From assembly GCF_001447785.1 (NCBI RefSeq), contig NW_015170414.1, forward strand, positions 1-64,000: a DNA stretch of 64,000 bases, given 5' to 3'. Source of the DNA: Gekko japonicus (taxonomy: Eukaryota). Position numbers and translations under genes: made by a program. The notes below the pieces were generated by a model that saw only the letters and a list, made by a program, of their open reading frames with translations, searched no databases and was not told the origin of the DNA. Positions 22,848 to 34,250 of this stretch are shown in pieces; positions within the stretch are counted from its first letter, which is position 1; each line of letters starts with the position of its first letter.

Positions 22848-24965
22848 GTAAGCAAGCATCAACAGGCTGAGATGAATATTCTTGCAAGGCAGTGGTTTGA
22901 TATGCAGAGGTTCAGTCACTGAATGCATGGTGAATTAAAACTTCTATCAAAATAAGCCTGTTTGTAAAAGACAATTGGTTGCATTCTGTCTGCATTTCTG
23001 TATAGAAATGTATCTGTTTGTTCATCCAAGGGAAGTTTTTGATATGTTCCTGTGAGGCTGCTCTGAACACTTCCACAGAAGGCATGGCAGTGGAGAATTA
23101 AATCAAGATAGTGACTGTGGGTGATTTCCCCAGGTACAGGAGGAAGTAGTAGCACAAGTAGTAGTTGTGGTTACAGCTTGAGAATTTGGCTTGTGGATCT
23201 CCCACCCAAAACAGACATGACACAAGTCTTTTTCATCTCCCAATTTGTTATCAGACTTATTTGCCTCAAAAATGATGTGGCGCTAGTATGGGTGATTTGG
23301 CATGTTGGGAAAAGGTGGATGGTCTGTCAGTATAGGTGGGCCTCATAAAGAATGTGAGTATTGGCTCACTTGACCAAGTTGTCACTGCAAAGAAAATTGA
23401 AAATATAGAGTACAGCTATCATATGTTGAACCCTAGAACTTATGAGAGATAGGTAATATTTGGGGGTTAAAGAAAAATTGCTATATTGATAAAACATCAA
23501 CTTGTTCATCTCCGTTATAAAATGTGACTAATGTTACTAATGTGAAGACGCACAGAATATTCTTCTCTATACACAGCAGTTGTGCAATTAGATTTCATTG
23601 CTACCTTCAGACTTCTGATCTACCAAATACCTGTGCAAAGCTCTTTATCTCTGAAAAAATGGAATGTTTGTGACATTATAATGATGTGGAATATTAAGGT
23701 TAGCCCTAGCAATACAAAATATTAAACCTGCATATGTGGTGATACTATGTGCATATTTTTTAGGGAGAGAAACTTCAAAATACAAGCATAAGCTGTTATT
23801 CTCTGGTTAGGGTCACAGCCGTTAGAATATGTGGGTGGAAGTTTAAGATTAACCATCTTTGCTACTGCTAAAGATTTAAATAATGTGTAGGTGGACTAGG
23901 TCAAGGTGTAACCTGGTCCTCTGTGGTAGCACTTTTATTACCAAACTGGCTATAGTGAAGCAATCATTGGCTACAACCTCAAGAGTTACATGGCAAACTT
24001 CAAACTTATAATTGGTCTCCTGAAGCATACATTTCTAAAGTCATTCTTCTCCACTCTGTGTACAATATGTCATTCCTATAACTCAGGGCAAATTTAGGAA
24101 TAGTCTCCAAATGGCAGATGCTGAGAGATGAAGGGGAGACATTTTAGTGTACACATTAAAGGCATAAAATAATTAATTGGATCCATATTGGTATTGTGTC
24201 TGTGTCCATCTGCTTCAGTTATCTATTATACTTATAGCGTGACGGACCTTGTGAGTCAGGCCCTATGAAATTAGCTTGGCCTCTCTTCCAAATATCTGTT
24301 TCCTTCAATCCTCAGAACTGGCACAAATTGGCAGATCTATAATCAGTCTTCACAGAGTAAGAAAGGGCCAGATGACACATAGTAAGAATGCCATTTAGGG
24401 AGAGCAGAAAGGAGCAGTCCAATTTCCACTGTATTTATTACTCATGTCATTATTCTTCAAAATACACTATTTGGGGGATTTATAACATCTCCCAACATTT
24501 CCCAAATAAAATTAAGGACACTGTGGTGTAGTGCTAGCATTCTGAATATATTAAGGATCACTATTTGAGCACACTCCCTTTCAGGGGTATTCCTAAGCTT
24601 TCCCCTTTAATGTACAAGCAAATGGCACATTGACTGGTGGGCCCTGGATTTTTTTCTCTCCCTTCGCCTCTTTTTAATTTTTAGCAATTAACAAAAGTAT
24701 TCATAATTTATAACATAACATATATCTGTCTAGAGATACCATTGCCTGAATTTCAAAATATAATACATACATCAGTTTCTCCACAACATTATTCCACTCT
24801 TTTTCACTTTTTATCTGCCAGAATATCCATTCCTAATGAGCTCAGTACTTTTAATAATCATTCCATTTGAGAGAGAAGAGACTCTCTTCAAACCTCAATC
24901 CCAAATAACTTGGCTTTGACAAACATATTCAGTATTAAAAGTCTGGTTTCAAACTGATAATTCAC

Positions 24966-25175
24966 TAGGTTTGCCAGCTGTGGGTGGGGAAATACCTGGA
25001 GATTTGGGGGTGCTGCCTGAGGAGGATTGGGTTTGGGGAGGGGAGGGAAATCAGCAGGGTATACAGTCCACCCTCCAAAACAGCTATTTTCTCCAGGGGA
25101 ACTGATCTTTGTTGTCTGGAAATCAACTGTAATAGCACGAGATCTCCAGGCCCCACCTGGAGGTTGGCAACCCTG
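24966..25175 (+). mobile_element. TAGGGTTGCCA-family hAT MITE
   Basis: Ends TAGGTTTGCCA / TGGCAACCCTG. Perfect 8-bp TSD taattcac (24958-24965, 25176-25183). Confidence 0.88.
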
Positions 25176-25493
25176 TAATTCACAACAAGGTGGTTTAGAA
25201 AAAATGTAGCTGTATCCAAATATTTCTGAATTTCTGTTACTTGTCTTACAGCAACATGCACCCAGTAAGATTGTTCCTCTTTACAAATCTGCCTGTGCTC
25301 AGTGTCCACATTTCCTCCTTGACAACGTACAAGATAATGGAGTCAAACACTATCAATATGAAGTTTTATGCTGTGAAATGTCTTAAAGATAACCAGATCC
25401 AAAATTTGTAAATGAATAAAAAAATTCCCAATGTTGTATCAGGAACATTTTAGCCTGTTCCTCTTGCCCACATAGACTTCTAAGAATCTCCTA

Positions 25494-25594
25494 AGCTCTT
25501 TTTACTGGAGCTACTGTAAGCTCTTGGAGGATTGGCTACACTAGGGGTGTGTGGCCTAATATGCAAAGGAGCTCCTGCTACCAGTAGAGCCCTG
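25494..25594. mobile_element. Half copy of the fold-back MITE family at 27015
   Basis: 'ctactgtaagctcttggaggattggctac..aggggtgtgtggcctaatatgcaaaggagctcctgctac..agagccctg' matches the right arm of 27015-27196. Confidence 0.75.
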
Positions 25595-26470
25595 CGGTTT
25601 GGTACAATTCCGCCAATAAGGGTTCCCCCGCCCCCCAAAATCTGAGTTTAGAAATGAGTCTCCTATAGTTGCTTCTCTAACATACAATAGAGATACTTAT
25701 TCTTGCCTAAGAAAGCTACATATTTGAAAATACTAAAACCATCCTATTTCCTGTTCAATTACTTCCTGTGAAATTGTATCACCATTTATAACAAGATCTT
25801 GAAACTGTGACATTCTATTCCTGGTAACATGTTACAGTTACAGTGTACACACGTACACCCTGCATATACGGTATGTGTACCTTTGTTTGTAAGACACAGC
25901 CAACATACATTCACTTTCCCAATGAAACCAAAGACCAGTATCTGGATAAATGTGTGCTTTCAATCACACATTCAGGTACATGTATTACCTAACTCAGGTA
26001 TTTAAAAAATTACCCAACTCAGGTATTTAAAAAAATCCTAGTGTACACTGTCTATGAATTGTATGTGTGTTCACTGTAACTTGTGGAGAGGGATATTATA
26101 TTTTTTTCCCATTCAGTAAAATCTCCCATGCCCCATCGTTGTTAATTGAATTATTTCTAGTCATTATAGAGAATAGAAATTTTGAACTAAATTTCCTATA
26201 ATATTTATCCAATGAAAGCATCTGCCTAAGAATTAATTAGCTCTTTTACATTTAGTTAGCTCTTTTACATTTCTGACTTTTAGTAATCATCCAATTTGAG
26301 AAAGAGAAGAGACCCCCTTAAAAACAAAAACAAAAAAACAAACCCAGACAGTGAGATTGGATTAAATTCCTGTTCTTACTGTAAACCAATATCCTTCTGT
26401 GGTGTTATCCAATAACTCAACCAGTACAAGTGAGTAGCATCTTAATACTAAGTCAGAGTTGATATACCAA

Positions 26471-26600
26471 GACTGCGGTCACACACACTAAATAATCCAC
26501 TTTCAATGCACTTTTGAATTGGATTTTGCCAGTTCACACAGTAAAAATCCAGTTGGAAAGTGCATTGAAAGTGGATTATTTAGTATGTGTGACCACAGTC
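26471..26600. mobile_element. 130-bp fold-back PIF/Harbinger-type MITE
   Basis: Long inverted arms GACTGCGGTCACAC..CTAAATAATCCACTTTCAATGCACTTT and their complement. 3-bp TSD caa (26468-26470, 26601-26603). Confidence 0.88.
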
Positions 26601-27014
26601 CAAGTTTATCTTCTAAAACTGTTTTTGCAGGATAGACTATTTGAACTCCTTTTTACACAAAGAACCAACTTTCCCATCCACAAATTTCTATATAATCTAC
26701 CATAAGTGAAAGAGTAAGAAACAATAATATAAATTTTGGTAGAACTGTAATTTTTAGAACATTAACCATGGCCCTCCAAGATAGATAAAGATGAGACCAC
26801 CAGTACAGATCTTCTTTAATTTTGACACACTGAACTGAAGTTCAACTGATACACAAATATCTAACTGGTCTGGAGACCCAAGAAACCAGATTTGTTCTTA
26901 ATATGATGTTTTATATTCACTGGAATTCCAGTACTTAGTTGCAGGTGTTAATTTTATATCCTGAAATGACACTATATTTATCCAATAACTGAAAAAGATC
27001 ACTGCATTGGCTTT

Positions 27015-27196
27015 CTGGGCTCTTTTTGTAGCAGGAACTCCTTTGCATATTAGGTGACACATCCCTAATGTAGCCAATCCTTCAAGAGCTTACAGAGCTC
27101 TTCTTACAGGGGCTACTGTAAGCTCTTGGGGGATTGGCTATATTAGGGGTGTGTCGCCTAATATGTAAAGGAGTTCCTGCTACAAAAAGAGCCCAT
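27015..27196. mobile_element. Fold-back MITE
   Basis: Inverted arms of about 80 bp: gggctctttttgtagcaggaactcctttgcatattagg... / ...cctaatatgtaaaggagttcctgctacaaaaagagccc. TSD not resolved. Confidence 0.8.
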
Positions 27197-27276
27197 TACT
27201 CCTATATATTCTCCTTTCTATTTGTAATTGAGATCCTATAGCAACAGCCAGTCATTCCAAAGTATGAGCAAACAAC

Positions 27277-27743
27277 CAGGGGTCATTTCGTAGAAAAAGA
27301 GCTAGGGGAACTCATTAACATAACTCATTAGCATATGCCACACCCCCTGACATCACCGGAAGTGTGTCATAAGGCCACACCTCCTGACATCACCAGAAAT
27401 GTGTCATAAGGCCACACACCCCGCCTCCAAAGGTCCCGGCAGCCGGTGCCGGCCTTGCAGCTCCACTGCCGAGCCCCATGAGGGGCCCGGCGGTGAACCT
27501 GCAAGGCCGGCGGGAGTGCAAGGAAGCCCCGCGAAGGCCCTCCCTGGCCCCAGGCAGGCAGGGGTGGGGAGAAGCAGGGAGGAAGCAACTTACCCTCCCT
27601 CTTCTCCTGCCTCCTCCTGGGTGAATGAGGCCCGGAAGCGGGGTGGCCGGAAGCAGGGGGCGGGGCTTCGTTGTGTGCCCCGCCCCCCGCACCTCACCCG
27701 GGGGAACTGTGTTCCCCCGTGTTCCCCCCCGAAATGACCTCTA
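27277..27743 (+). mobile_element. Young hAT MITE (CAGGGGTCATTTCG family), copy 1
   Basis: TIRs CAGGGGTCATTTCG / CGAAATGACCTCTA. Perfect 8-bp TSD caaacaac. Internal 37-bp tandem unit. Confidence 0.93.
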
Positions 27744-27994
27744 CAAACAACTAAAATGATAGAGGTAATTAATATTTTGTATTCCAAGTTAATCCATAGA
27801 ATCCATCAGCCCTGAATTTATTGAAATAAATCATATTGACCCAAGTTCTAAACAGAGAACATATATTGAATGTTTATAGTTATAAGAAAGGTCACAATAC
27901 CCTATCAGGTGGCATCTAAGGACATAAGAAGAATAGATATGCTTGAGATTTTTGCATTATTAATTGTTCTTACAATATAACTAAGAGACACCAT

Positions 27995-28060
27995 AAAACA
28001 AAGTTTGACTCCAGTGGCACCTTTAAAACCAACAAAGTTTAATTCTGGGTATAAGCTTTC
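27995..28060 (-). mobile_element. Penelope pLTR tip
   Basis: Reverse complement of 21925-21990 (aaacaaagtttgactccagtggcacctttaaaaccaacaaagtt). Confidence 0.7.
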
Positions 28061-28619
28061 TGGGTATAAGCTGGGTCTGCTTGGTCCTTCTGAAATAGCT
28101 GATAGCTACATTATTTAATCTTTTTGCCAATATCATACTTAATATCTTGTAGCTCATGTGCAATAAGTAGCTTATGTTCTGTTACATTCCACACAAGAAA
28201 GATCTTTTCAGTGCTTGGGAATAAAAACAATGCTAGCAATGTCCCAAGACTTTTAGGAATCATTCTTACAGCCAAAAATAATAACTATAGGCACAAGACA
28301 TCTAGTCATCCTAAGGTCCTGATGTGACGTCCTTATTATGCAGTTTTAGCGGCTCAGTAAACCCCTATTAGACCCTAACTGTAAATACAAATAGAACCTT
28401 AAACATACTTTATGGGGACAATAATAGGGCAGCCAGGCCTCTGCCAGCAACCTTCATGAACTTTGGGGACCAAGTCATGGAGTGCATCATGTTGCATGAT
28501 GCATCTGTGTGACAGGTCTTTAGAGATTTATGGGATTCCTAGGACGTCATTGCCACAGAGTAATGTCACTTCTGGGTCTTCATGTTATACCCCCTGCCCT
28601 GCCCCAAAACCCCGCAACA

Positions 28620-30380
28620 TTCACCACTGACAGGGCAGCATGCCTCTAACACCCCATGATTGTCACGGATAGATGCATCCAATCACTACCTGCTGGTGTG
28701 TCCTCTGGTTCCTGACTCCAGAACCAGCCACCCTCATATAGAGAACCAAAAGGCAAGCAGAAAAGCTGGTCCAAGGATTCCCAAGGAGACTGGTGGCACA
28801 AGCAGTATAAGCTCTAGAGTTAAACTCCGAGGAATTCTGCATTGCAGATGTGGGTGTGAACCCCCACCTATAGCCAAGTTCTCTTTTGCCAGGCAGAAAC
28901 AATGGAAAGGGCATGTAGCTTCTCCATCCATAGCATTCTTATGCTTCTATAACTCACTCAACACAAGCAACCACAATAGGCCCACCCAAGACTTCTCTTG
29001 CCAAGGGGTTGGATCCCAGCCACAACGTGATTCCAAGCACTAGCCTTTTGCCAGCCATAGAGACTGCAGAAACTAGGGCAACAAGAAGGGAACACACAGC
29101 TGCACCCACACTAAAGGCAATACAGCCACCCTCCTGATAGCTCACTGAGTAACGGTACGCATGTGGCAAACAAGAGGAATGGAGGATGCTAACAACAAAC
29201 AAAACTTACTTTTTGCCCAGCCATGGGCCAAGCAGCAGCAAAATAGGAAGCAGAGACTGGACTGGAACCTGGCCTCTCACAATTGGGAGCAGTTCTTAAC
29301 CATTCACCCTGCTGGGTGCACAAGAATGAGACACAGTAAAGGGAATTAGGCAAACTCAGCAGCCCTGCCATCAAAACCAGCAATAGGAAGTAGGATAGGG
29401 AATACTGCAAAGATAGGCCTGGCACAGTAGAAATGCATCAGGATATGCCGGGTTCCTATTTCATATTGCAGATAGGGAGTGCCCTGAAATAGTTCATTTG
29501 GACTTGCAATCATAGGTGAGATTTTGCTCTATTAAACATCTTCACAAGGGTTTGTCTGTCCACATTGATTGCTGATTGGCTGCCCCCGCACACCCATCAT
29601 TTTGGTTACTGAGCCCCATGCCCTATCTTCCTTCTGGACTGTCATTTCGCAATAAGCCCAGAAACCTATGACCTCCATCCACCCCTGCCCAACATTCCCC
29701 TTCTGCAAACTGCATAGTGTGTGTGTGTGTATCTGTTGAGAGAGAGTTGGTAGCCCCACAGCGGAACATTGAGATGAATATAAGTCACAACAGCCAAGGT
29801 AGTGTTGTGCACATAGGAGTTGGTTGACATCATAATGGGGACTCAATCTCTCCTAGCCTCTCTACCTGTTGGATGGTGGCTGCAAGCCATTCAGATCAAC
29901 ACAAGAACAGTAATATTCCACAGAAGTGGCATAGAGCAAGTGGACTTGGTGTTCAGTCAGAGTCCATAGCTCCCCTCTCCCCTTCCTTGGAGGGGGTTTC
30001 CACATGATGAGATGTCCCTGTTGAGAGTAGGGGATTTCATTGGAATGGGGGCTGTTCCATGGGGCTCTGATCCTGCAAGGCAATAGGCATAATAAGTTAG
30101 GTCAGCAGCAGCACAGACTAGCGTGGAGTCAGGCTGGTAGACAACCCGGACTGCAGTTGTGCATCCAGTGCCCCCACCACCAGGGAAGGCATTGATCCTG
30201 GCATGGTATTGTGCTGATAGCACATACTCACTGCTGGTAGAGTGGTGGGAGTCAGGATTGTTGGGGCAATACACAGAGTAGGTACAAGGGATTAGGGTAA
30301 AACAGTTGCAGCAGTCCATGTGTGGGGACAGCATTCCCCCTAACTTGTTCATCTGTGTGGTGTTCATCGTCCTTCCCTTT
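28620..30380 (-). mobile_element. Very old LINE-like segment (possibly RTE-X 3' region)
   Basis: GC-richer block. Minus-strand remnants SYQEGGC...FCSLY resemble the PY.ER.C...HC.LY zinc-knuckle region. Weak support, boundaries approximate. Confidence 0.25.
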
Positions 30381-30523
30381 GTTGCCTATGCCTTAAACTG
30401 GAGAACCTGTAAGGGTTCTGAGCAAATAGAACAACAGTGTTTGCTCTCTCCCTTGGCTGCTAAGTGTCCTCTGTGCAGTTCCCAGCACCAAAGTTATCAA
30501 CACAGCAGACTTTCAGCACACAA

Positions 30524-30730
30524 GGGCTGTAACTTGGTGGGAAAGCCTTTGCGTTGCATGCAGAAGATCCCAAATTCAAATCCCTGGTATCTCCACTTAT
30601 AAAGGATCAGGCAGTGTGTGATGTAAAAGATGTCTGGCTGAGACCCTGGAGAACTGCTACCAGTCAGAGAAGACAGCATTGACTTCGATGGGCAGATGGT
30701 CTGATTCGGTATAAGGCAATTTCATGTGTG
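30524..30730 (+). mobile_element. tRNA-derived SINE with CR1-like tail (Squam2-like)
   Basis: Head 'gggctgtaacttggtgg..tgcatgcagaagatcccaaattcaaatccctgg', tail 'gatggtctgattcggtataaggcaatttcatgtg'. Related minus copies at about 36210-36400 and 1-35. Confidence 0.7.
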
Positions 30731-30964
30731 TTCAGATAACCTTCCTTGACTATGAACAGATCTTCCCAACATCTTTCAAGCAGAAAAAGCTGTTGCATAG
30801 ATCCTGGTTTTTGATTGGGGCCACAAAGTGAAGAGGATTTAACTCTTCCTCTCTGCCCACCTTTCCCCAGGCCAATTTGGCCAGGGATCCTGGGGGTTGA
30901 GTGTGAGGTTGTTGTTTTTTGCCCTCTTCTGGGCGTAGAGCAGGGGTCACTGGGGTTGAGGGGG

Positions 30965-31040
30965 GAGGTCTTTGTGAATTTCCTGCATCATGCAGGGGGT
31001 TGGACTAGATGACCCTGGAGGTCCCTTCCAACTCTATGAT
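30965..31040 (+). mobile_element. CR1 extreme 3' fragment
   Basis: 'gcagggggttggactagatgaccctggaggtcccttccaactctatga'. A second copy lies at about 41260-41372. Confidence 0.8.
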
Positions 31041-31075
31041 TGGAGCACCTGGGAAAAGAAAACTCTTTCTTGTAG

Positions 31076-31354
31076 GAAGAAGAAGAGATTGGATTTATAC
31101 CCCACCCTTCACTACCCAAGGGAGTCTCAGAGTGGCTTACAAACTCCTTTCCCTTCCCCTCCCCAGAACAGACACCCTGTGAGGTAGGTGGGGCTGAGAG
31201 AGCTTTTGACAGAAACTGCTCTTTTTCAAGAACAGCTCTTATCAGAACTATGGCTTGCCCAAGGTCATGCAGCCAGGTGCAAATGGAGGAGTGGGGAATC
31301 AAACCCGGTTCTCCCAGATTAGAGTCCGCACACTTAACCACTACACCAGACTGG
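31076..31354 (-). mobile_element. Squam3-like SINE (young subfamily)
   Basis: Near-identical to 38385-38664. Confidence 0.88.
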
Positions 31355-31583
31355 ATACTATAGAGCTATGCAATTTAGGGTCATTTCACAGACAGACATT
31401 AGACATGGACATATAAAAAGTGAAATATGTGAAGTAGTTTAAACTGTAGATTGGTACATCCATTTTGACAAAGTCCACAGTTTACTGTGAACCACCTGCT
31501 GTTGCTTTATCTTTACACCCTCATTTTGGAACTGTGTATACTGTTGGAGAATTGCATTTTATTGAGTCAAATATATTCATTTA

Positions 31584-31702
31584 ATTAGTTGTTGTAGATT
31601 TTCCAGGCTGTATGGCCGTGGTATGGCCAAGACCATGGCCATGCAGCCTAGAAAATCTACAACAACTAATGAACTCTGGCCGTGAAAGCCTTTGGCAACA
31701 TA
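31584..31702. mobile_element. Penelope terminus with inverted partial copy (hairpin)
   Basis: attagttgttgtagattttccaggctgtatggcc / ggccatgcagcctagaaaatctacaacaactaat, followed by ggccgtgaaagcctt. Confidence 0.7.
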
Positions 31703-33451
31703 TTAATTTAAGTATACTCCCCCCAATATTATATGGACATAATTGATGCCACTATAATTTTTGCATTTAGGCTGATTCTGGGAACCTTTAAAGAGGCTTC
31801 CCACCAAAGAAATGACTGCACAGAAATAGCAGCAATTCTATGAGAAGAGGCTACTAGAATACATCCTTCATTAATTTCCTCACTACTTTCCTGAATTGCC
31901 AGCTGTTAAACTTTGGGCTTTTCGAGCTTTAACAGCACAAGTAAAAATACTGGTCTGGTATCACTTCCAAAATAGGATGGCTTTCCTGCCTCAATATCCT
32001 AGTAGTGGCTGTACATGGTTCAACCCTTAAGAAGTACAAATGGGATTATACCTGGATTAAAAGCGAGCACTGCTCATTTGCACAAATGAACAAGAAAGCT
32101 GCCCCACCCCCAGTAGACGTCCCGAACTTGTCATGTGCTGTCCCTCCAGTTAACCTAGTAAATCCCTTTCTGCAGAACGAAACATAATAAGCTAAATAAC
32201 TCTTACTGCTTGGAAAGATAAATGGCTCTTGAACACTGAAACACCTGCCAAGTGGACACTTCCCAAAACTGGTGCCTCCTAGGTACAGAGAAACTCATGT
32301 GAGTTTGAACCCTATAATTGTAGACAGTCCATATAATTAGAAATTAAGCAGAATTTATTAAATTTGTTAAGTAGAAGCAGAGAATTTCTCACAGATGTCA
32401 CACAGATGTGCAGGCATTTGCATCTTCAAGGACAGCACAGGCTCTATCCAATAGGTGACCAGTCCATATGCATTCCAAATACTACTCCAAACTCTAATGG
32501 CCTGGTTTGCCAGACAAAGAGTTACACTTCTGTAGTAATACTTGTTTAAAGTTTAAGGGTGCTTCATATTCCCCAGAACAAATTATGAACAACAATGGAA
32601 CATTTGTCACTTAATAAATTTACAGTGCAGTCCTAGACAGAGTTATATCTTCTAAGTTAGCTGAAGTTAATGGGTGTAACTCTGCTTATAATTGCACTGT
32701 TGATGTCTGGAAAATCCCTTACCATGCAAAGGGACTTCAGCATTGGATGTACACCAGAATTTTAGGGTTTCTATGGCTGCTCAAGAAAGCCAATTAATGT
32801 GTTCATAGTGAATCAAATGAATTTCATGTGATTTTCTCCAATGTGTTGGCTTTTATATTTGCCAGTTGTTGGCACTGTAAGATCATACAAAGCAATCCAA
32901 ATGCAACAGACTGTGCAGCAGCTGTACAAAATATGAAAATATAGCTTGTCCAACAAATGTTGTTTGTAAAACCTCTCCTTTGTTGTATTCTTTTTGACAT
33001 CTACGGGGAAAGAAAGCCCTGGCTAATTTTCAAAATTCTTTTATTTTTGCCTTAGGCAAGTTGCTGAAAAAGTAATATGCAAGATTCATTTATCTGACCA
33101 CTTTGGCAATTTTTTAAAAAGCTCTACCCTATTAGGGTGGTGTCTTAACTTGGAATTAAGCGCTAACCCCAGAGCCACCAAAACCCAGTAGGCGCTATTC
33201 TTAGACCTTCCCAAACTTGTTATGCTCCACTCATTTGCCCCGCCCACTGATTTAAAGAGCTGGCAACCCCTTTTGACCATCACTAATGCAAATGTTAACA
33301 TTACTTGAGAAAGCAGCATCTTCATGTTTCTAGTGAGAAGGTTATATGAAATGAGGGTTACCAAGACTTTTAAAAAATGTCCTGTTGCTTCAATAGAGGC
33401 TTAATGTGTGGAAATGCACAGCTGAAGCTTTTCATAGCATGGAAGTAAACA

Positions 33452-33660
33452 ACACCAGCTCAGGCTAGTTAAATCTTGTCAGATCTCGGAAACTAAACAG
33501 GGTCAGACTTGGCTAGTATTTGGATGGGAGACCTCCAAGGAATACTGGGGTGTGACGCAGAGGCAGGCAATGGCAAACCACCTCTGAACATCTCTTGCCT
33601 TGAGAACCCCACAGGCCACTGTAAGTCAGCTGTGACTTGACAGCAGTTTCTACCACCAAA
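33452..33660 (+). mobile_element. 5S rRNA-derived SINE
   Basis: 'atcttgtcagatctcggaaactaaacagggtcagacttggctagtatttggatgggagacc..ggaatac' is 5S-like, followed by a non-5S RTE-like tail (ggcaatggcaaaccacctctg). Confidence 0.82.
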
Positions 33661-33684
33661 TAACACCACCGAATGAATAACAAG

Positions 33685-34142
33685 GGTCCCGGTCACATGG
33701 AGAATTTGCTGCGCGAGAGGCACGACTGCTGGGCATATTAAAAGGGTGCGATCATACAGCAACATCTGGCAAGCATTGCGCACCTGTCTCCAACCCGTAG
33801 CATCCAGCCGAAGATGTGGAGTTAAAAAGTAGCTGGGAAAGTGTAGTATTATCTGGATAACGTGGGGCGCGGGCGGGTGTCTGATCGCAGGAGTGCTGGT
33901 ATCCCGTCGCATCCGGCACCCGTCCGTGTCCCACCAGATGTTTTCTTGTAAGCCTCCGTGGTATGCGCACAAACATGGTACTGCTTCGTTGCCACGCTTC
34001 GCCATCACTGTGTGATCAGCGGCTGACAGCCTGAGCATGGAGCCTCGGGGGAACATCGGATCATGATACCGTGCTTCGTTTTGCTCCAGAGCAAAAAGCC
34101 TCACCCCCCCCCCCAGATTATCTCGCTCATGTGACCGGGGCC
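33685..34142 (-). mobile_element. CpG-rich PIF/Harbinger-like MITE
   Basis: 15-bp TIRs GGTCCCGGTCACATG / CATGTGACCGGGGCC, flanks aag/aat. Related to 14991-15500. Confidence 0.8.
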
Positions 34143-34250
34143 AATATTGAGCAAACTCCAGAGGATGGTGGAAGACAGGAGGGCTTGGCGTGATTTGGTC
34201 CATGGGGTTGCAAAGAGTTGAACTTGACTGTGTGACTGAACAACAACAAT
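34143..34250 (+). mobile_element. BovB 3' tip
   Basis: 'gagcaaactccagaggatggtggaagacaggagggc..gtccatggggttgcaaagagt..gactgaacaacaac'. 11-bp TSD aatgaataaca at 33672-33682 and 34248-34258. Confidence 0.85.

Noticed and set aside
27337-27420. 37-bp direct repeats of CRISPR-like length
   Set aside because: Head-to-tail with no spacers, inside a MITE, in a vertebrate intron.
33452-33550. 5S rRNA gene
   Set aside because: Diverged, lacks correct ends and is fused to a retroposon tail. It is a SINE head, as is the copy at 44773.
33493-34203. 236-aa minus-strand ORF as a novel gene
   Set aside because: It runs across three unrelated repeats (BovB tip, MITE, 5S SINE) and has no recognisable domain.
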